Assembly: GCA_013265495.1 (NCBI GenBank)
Contig: MU058531.1
Span: 3,922,435-3,962,499, forward strand
Length of the DNA stretch: 40,065 bases
Source of the DNA: Vicugna vicugna
Lineage: Eukaryota
Direction of reading: 5' to 3'
In this document: positions 34,510 to 40,065 of the stretch, piece after piece
Layout: the number at the start of each line of letters is the position of its first letter
Numbering within the stretch: position 1 is the stretch's first letter
Notes under the pieces: model-generated
Databases searched by the model: none
What the model saw: the letters and a program-made list of their open reading frames with translations, nothing else
What the model was told of the DNA's origin: nothing
Translations under genes and position numbers: made by a program

Positions 34510-37500
34510 CAAAGTAAGCCAGAGAAACTCACAACTGAAAATCAGAACAGGAACCATTGAAATTGTATACAGGAAATCACTTGAAAAACAAAACAAAACA
34601 AAACAAAACAAAGAAACCAAAGCAGATTCTTTGAAAAGTTCAATAGAATTGATAAGCCCTTAGCCAGGCTACCCCTCCAAGAGCAAGAAGACACAAATTA
34701 CACAAGCTATAATTGAGAGGGGCCACTGCTTTGATGCCACAGACATTAAAAGGATAATAAAGGAATAGTATTAACAACTCTTGTCCACCAATTTGATAAG
34801 GAACTGCCCATTTCAATTAAGTACATAATCTTACAAGAAGGAGTAACATTAGTAACGTGGCATAATAGGAAGCTCTCAACTCTCCTTCCCTCGGTGGACA
34901 CATTGATTCGAAGCAACACATGAACAATTTCATAGTCTAAAATCCAGAAACTAGTTGAAAGACTTCAGTACTCTTAGAGAATGTGAATCCAGCCACATCA
35001 AACGAGAAAGAAAAGCCGAGACATACTCTCCATGTAACTACCAACCCCAGCAAAGTGCCATCTTTGAGCAGAAACCCCCTAGTTCCCTCCTCCTGAGGAG
35101 CAAATGAGTTGTCATCCACCTCTAGCATTCCAAACTTTAATGACTTTTGGGGTGGTTTCATGAGGAACTGGCTTTTGTCTTACTTATTTTGGAGTACTGA
35201 CAGAATTCGGCATACTTGAGGAACCTGGGGATGGCTAAAACAAAAGAGCAAGCTACACTAGCATGCGAGTTTGAGAGACCTTCCAAATCTTTGGATAAGC
35301 TGCTTGGTGGTATTCTTCTCCTGCAAGAGACTAGTTAGTGAAGACTATGAGAAGTGACTGTCTAATGTGCAGACAGTAATGCAGAATGTCAAGGAAAATG
35401 AAAACAGGATATTTATGATTTAACTGAAAGATATTTACAGTCATAAAGATCATCACTGGGGTTAGGTGAACAATTAAAAATGATGCAGGAATTTCAACAA
35501 AAAGGCATACAATTTAAATGTCTCAAACAGAAACAGAGCTAAAGAATACAGTATTTGAACTGAAAACTCATTATAGAGTGTTCAATAACAGACTAGATCA
35601 AGCAGAAGAAACAGTGAACTACAGTGAACTACAAGATAGGTCACTGGAAATTATTCAGTCAGCAGAGAAAAAGTAAGAAGGGAAAAAGAAAAAAGTTTAA
35701 GGGACATATGGAACACCAGGAAGATGACCAATATATATGCAGCATAGGAGTCCTAAAGGGAAGAGAGAGAGAAGACTAGAAAGCTTATTCAAAGTAACAA
35801 AGGAGGAAAACTTCCCAAATCTGGGGAAGGAAGTGGACATAAAAATCATGACATATGAAGAACCTCAAATAATAGAAAAAAAAACCCTCATACTGACACA
35901 TACTATAAACAGGTTGCCAAAGTTCAATGATGAGAGAGTTTTGAAAGCAGCGAGAGAAAGAAATTTGTCACTTAAAATGGAAACCCCTAAATACTATCCA
36001 CAGATTTTTAAGCAGAAACTTTGCAGAAGAGAATGAGAAAATACACTCAAAAGTTCTTGAACAAAAGAACCAACCTAGAACCTATACTCATCAAAACCTT
36101 CTTTCAAAAATGAAGGAGGTAAAATCTCCCCACACAAACAAAACAAAATATTCTTCATCACTTGTACTGCCTTACACGAAATGTTAAAGGGACTTCAACC
36201 TGAAATAAAATCACCATAAACAGCAACATGATAGTATGAGAAGGAACAAAACCCTTTTGTAAAGGTAAATATATAGAAAACTACAGAATACTGTATTATG
36301 TGATGGTGGTACAAAATGGCATTTCTAGTATAAAAGATAAACAACAAAGTATTAACATTAAGTATAAGTAAAAATACGTTAACAGATACACAATGTAAAT
36401 ATATGTAAATTGTGACATTAATCACATAAACTGGGGGGTATTTAAAGTGTAGAAATTTGTATGTGATTGAAGTTATTAGCTCAAAATAGACTGTTATAAG
36501 ATATTTTACTTAAGTCCTATAGTATATAGTAACCACAAAAAAACTTCTAGGTGTTATGTATAAAGGAAAAAAATAGAGGAATCAAAATATACAAAAAAGA
36601 AGGAAAAACAAAGAAGACAATAGGATAGGAAAATAGGAACAAATATCTATAAGACAAACATAAAATAATGAACAAAATCACAATAGTCAGTCAGTTCCTA
36701 TCAATAGTTACTTTAAATGTGAACAGATTAAACTCACCAAAGACTTACAATCACTGAATGGATTTAAAAAATAATAACCAACTCTGTGCTCTCTAAAAGA
36801 ATCTCATTTCAGATTTAAGGACACATACAGGCTGAAAGCATATAGATGGAAAAAGGTACCCTAAGCAAATGGTAGTTGCAAGAGAGGGATCACTATAATT
36901 AGGCAAAGTAGACTTTAAGTCAAAAATTGTTACAAGAGACAGGAGGAATGTGATACATTCATAAAGGGAAAAATCAACCATAAATATATAATAACTATAA
37001 ATATATATATATATATATATATATACACAATGCCAAAGCACAAAATATATAAAATAAACAGACAAAATGGTCAATTAATCTTTGACACAGGAATCAAGAA
37101 TATACAACGGAGAAAAGACAGCCTCTTGATCAAGTGATGCTGGGAAAGCTGGACAACCACATGTAAATCAGTGAACTTAAAACACTCCAGAAGACCATAT
37201 ACAGGAATAAATTCAAAATGGCTTAAAAGAGTTAAACATAAGACAAGACTTTATAAAACTCCTAGAAGAAAACATAGGCAAAACTTTGTGATATAAATCT
37301 CAGCAGTGTTCTCCTAGGGCAATCTACACAGGGAATAGAAATAAAAGCAAAAATAAACAAATAGGGCCTTATGAAATTTATAAGCTTTTACACAGCAAAG
37401 AAAACTAGAAACAAAAAGATAACCTATAGAATAGGAGAAAATATTTGCAAATGATGCAACTAACAAGGGCTTAATTTCTATAATATACAAACAGCTCATA

Positions 37501-40065
37501 AAACTCAGTAAAAAAAAAAACCCAATCAAAAAGTGGGCAGAAGATCTAAACAAACATCTCTCCAATGAAGATATAAATGGCCAATAAGCACGTGAAAATA
37601 TGCTCAATATCGCTAATTATCAGAGAAATGCAAATCAAAACTACAATGAGGTATTACCCTACAGCAGTCAGAATGGCTATCATTAAAAAGCCCACAAGCA
37701 ATAAATGCTGGAGAGGGTGTGGAGAAAAGGGAATGTGGTAGCAATGTAGTTTGGTGCAGCCATTAAAAAAAAACCAGAACGTAGATTTCTGAAAAAGTGA
37801 GTAACAGACTTACTATACGATCCAGCAATCCCACTCCTGTTCGTATAATCACAGAAAACTCTAATTTGAAAAGATACATGCACTCCAATGTTCATAGCAG
37901 CACTATTTACAATAGCCAAGACACAGAAGCAACATAAATATCCATCAACAGATGACTAGATAAAGAGGTTGTGGCATAGGTATACAACAGAATACTACTC
38001 AGCTATAAAAAAGAATGAAATAATGCCATTTGCAGCAACATGGATGGACCTGGAGATTGTATTACTAAGTGAAGTAATCCAGAAAGAGAAAGAAAAATAT
38101 ACCACATGATATCACTTATATGTGGAATCTTAAAAATGGGCACCAATGAACATATTCATAAAACAGAAAGACTCACAGACATAGAAAACAAACTTATGGT
38201 TTCCAAGGGGCAAAGAGGGTGGTGGTAGAGGGATAAATTGGGAGTTCCAGATTTGCAGATACTAACTACTATATATAAAATAGGTAAACAACAAGGTCTT
38301 ACTGTATGTCAACGGTAACTACATTCAATACCTTGTAATATCTTCTAATGAAAATTCAATACTTTGTAATAGCTTATGATGAAAAAGGAATGTATATAAT
38401 GAAATATCCCTTTTCATATACTAAGTGAATCATGCTGCTGTATATCAGAACCTAACACAATATTGTAAACTGACTATACTTCAATTAAAAAATAAAAAGA
38501 AGAGAGAACACTTTCAAATTCACTTTATGAAGCCAGCAATTCTGTGATACCAAAGGCAGACAGAGACACCACAAGAAAGAAAAGTTCAGATCAATACTCC
38601 TTATGATGACATATGCAAAAATCCTCAGTAAAATACTAGCATAACAAACTCAGCGGCACATTAGAAGTATCATACGTCATGGCTACATGGCATTTATCCC
38701 TCTGATGCAGGGATGGTTCAACATGTAAAATTCAAACAATGTGATACACTACATTAGCACAATGAAGCATAAAAATCACATGATCATCTGAATAGCTGTA
38801 GAAAAAGCATCTGATCACATTCAACACCCTTTCATTATAAAAACACTCAACAAACCAGGAATAATAAAGGCTATATGAAAACTGAGAGATAACATCATAG
38901 TGGTGAAAAGCTGAATGCTCTCTAAGAACAGGATCAAGGAAGGATCACACAGCTGATGTCCAACATCACACTAGAAGTCCTTGCTAAGAAAGTAGGCAAT
39001 AAAAGGAAGTAAAAGGCATTCAAATCAGAAGGAAGAACTAAAATTATATCTGTTCAGAGATGGCATGGCATTATACACAAAAAATAAAGATTCTACACCT
39101 AAAAACCCATTAGAACTAATAAGTAAATTAATTTAGTAAATTTTCAGGACATAAAGTCAGCATGCAAAAATCAGTTGCATTTCTATGCACTAACAATAAA
39201 CCATGTGTAATGAAAATTAGAAACACAACACCACTTATAGCAGCATGAAAAATACTGATATGGTAGAAAAATTAAGGAAATGAAAAAATTATACACTGTA
39301 CAATACAAAACATTGCTGAAAAATTCTGAGACACAAAGAAATGGAAAGACATTTCAAGTTCATAAATTTGAAGAATACTGTTAAAAGGTCCATACTACAC
39401 AAAGCCATCTACATTTCAATGCAGTATCTATCAAAATACTAATAATTTTTTTTACAGAAATAGAAATCAACAATCCTAAAATTCATAAGGAACCACAAGG
39501 TTCCAAATAGCCAATGCAATCTCAAAAAAGAAGGACAAATCTGAAGGCATGACACGTCCTGATTTTAAAATATATTACAAAGCTGTAGTAATTAAAAAAC
39601 TCGGAACTATATTCAATATCTTGTAAAAGCCTTTAATGAAAAACATTATGAACCAAATATATGTATGTATATGTATGACTGGAAAGTTGTGCTGTAAACC
39701 AGAAGTTGACACACCATAACTGACTGTACTTCCATTGGAAAAAAACCCCACCTTATTAGACTAACATAAAAATAGACACAGAATAATGGAACAGTTTAGA
39801 GAACTCAGAAATAAATCCAAGCTTATAGAGTCACCTAACCTTTCACAAGTATACCAAGACTACACAATGGGCAGAGAAGAGTCTCTTCTACAAATAATCC
39901 TGGAAAAATAGTTATCTATGTGCAGAAGAATCTAATTAGACCTTATCTTACACCAGACACAAAAAGCAACTAAAAATGGGTTCAAGACTAAATGTAAGAC
40001 CTGAAACTATAAACTTTCTGAAGAAAACATACAGTATAAGATTCATGACAGTTTTGACAATGATT
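34510..40065 (+). mobile_element. Composite L1 block (paralog of 8680-12627 up to about 38490), continuing into decayed ORF2 RT region with a small nested L1 3' end at about 39600-39745
   Basis: ENFPNLGKEVDI...RVLKAARE (35737..36036); EN start near 36690; ORF2 3' end and 3'UTR 37065-38490; RT-region motifs (ctttatgaagccagc, gatgcagggatggttcaac, gcagtatctatcaaaat) afterwards. Confidence 0.85.

Noticed and set aside
36995..37026. (TA)n tract, other microsatellites, and small tandem duplications near 35611 and 38323
   Set aside because: Ordinary slippage products inside L1 sequence.

Overview
Mammalian genomic DNA. The L1 3'-UTR type and the absence of any Alu, B1, Bov-tA or PRE-1 SINE I could recognise point to a cetartiodactyl, probably a camelid (inference). 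The window holds two head-to-tail paralogous cytochrome P450 CYP2C units on the + strand, embedded in L1, LTR, MIR and DNA-transposon debris. Copy A is entered in intron 5. Its exons 6 and 7 are intact, but intron 7 is fused directly to the 3'UTR, so exon 8 and the heme-Cys-coding part of exon 9 are deleted. Copy B (16776-33947) keeps a recognisable liver-type promoter but is an old pseudogene: frameshifts in exons 1, 2 and 8, a nonsense codon, a dead exon-1 donor, exons 4-5 missing, and the I-helix Thr replaced by Arg. Copy B intron 6 carries a full-length RPL32 processed pseudogene. I found no novel gene system. The most interesting signals are structural: two complementary deletions, perfect-identity patches between otherwise diverged paralogs, an in-register young/old L1 chimera, two TSD-flanked poly(A)-only insertions, an L1-derived exon-6 acceptor region, and a remnant distal CAR/GR response module. 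Repeat family names and boundaries are by-eye estimates.
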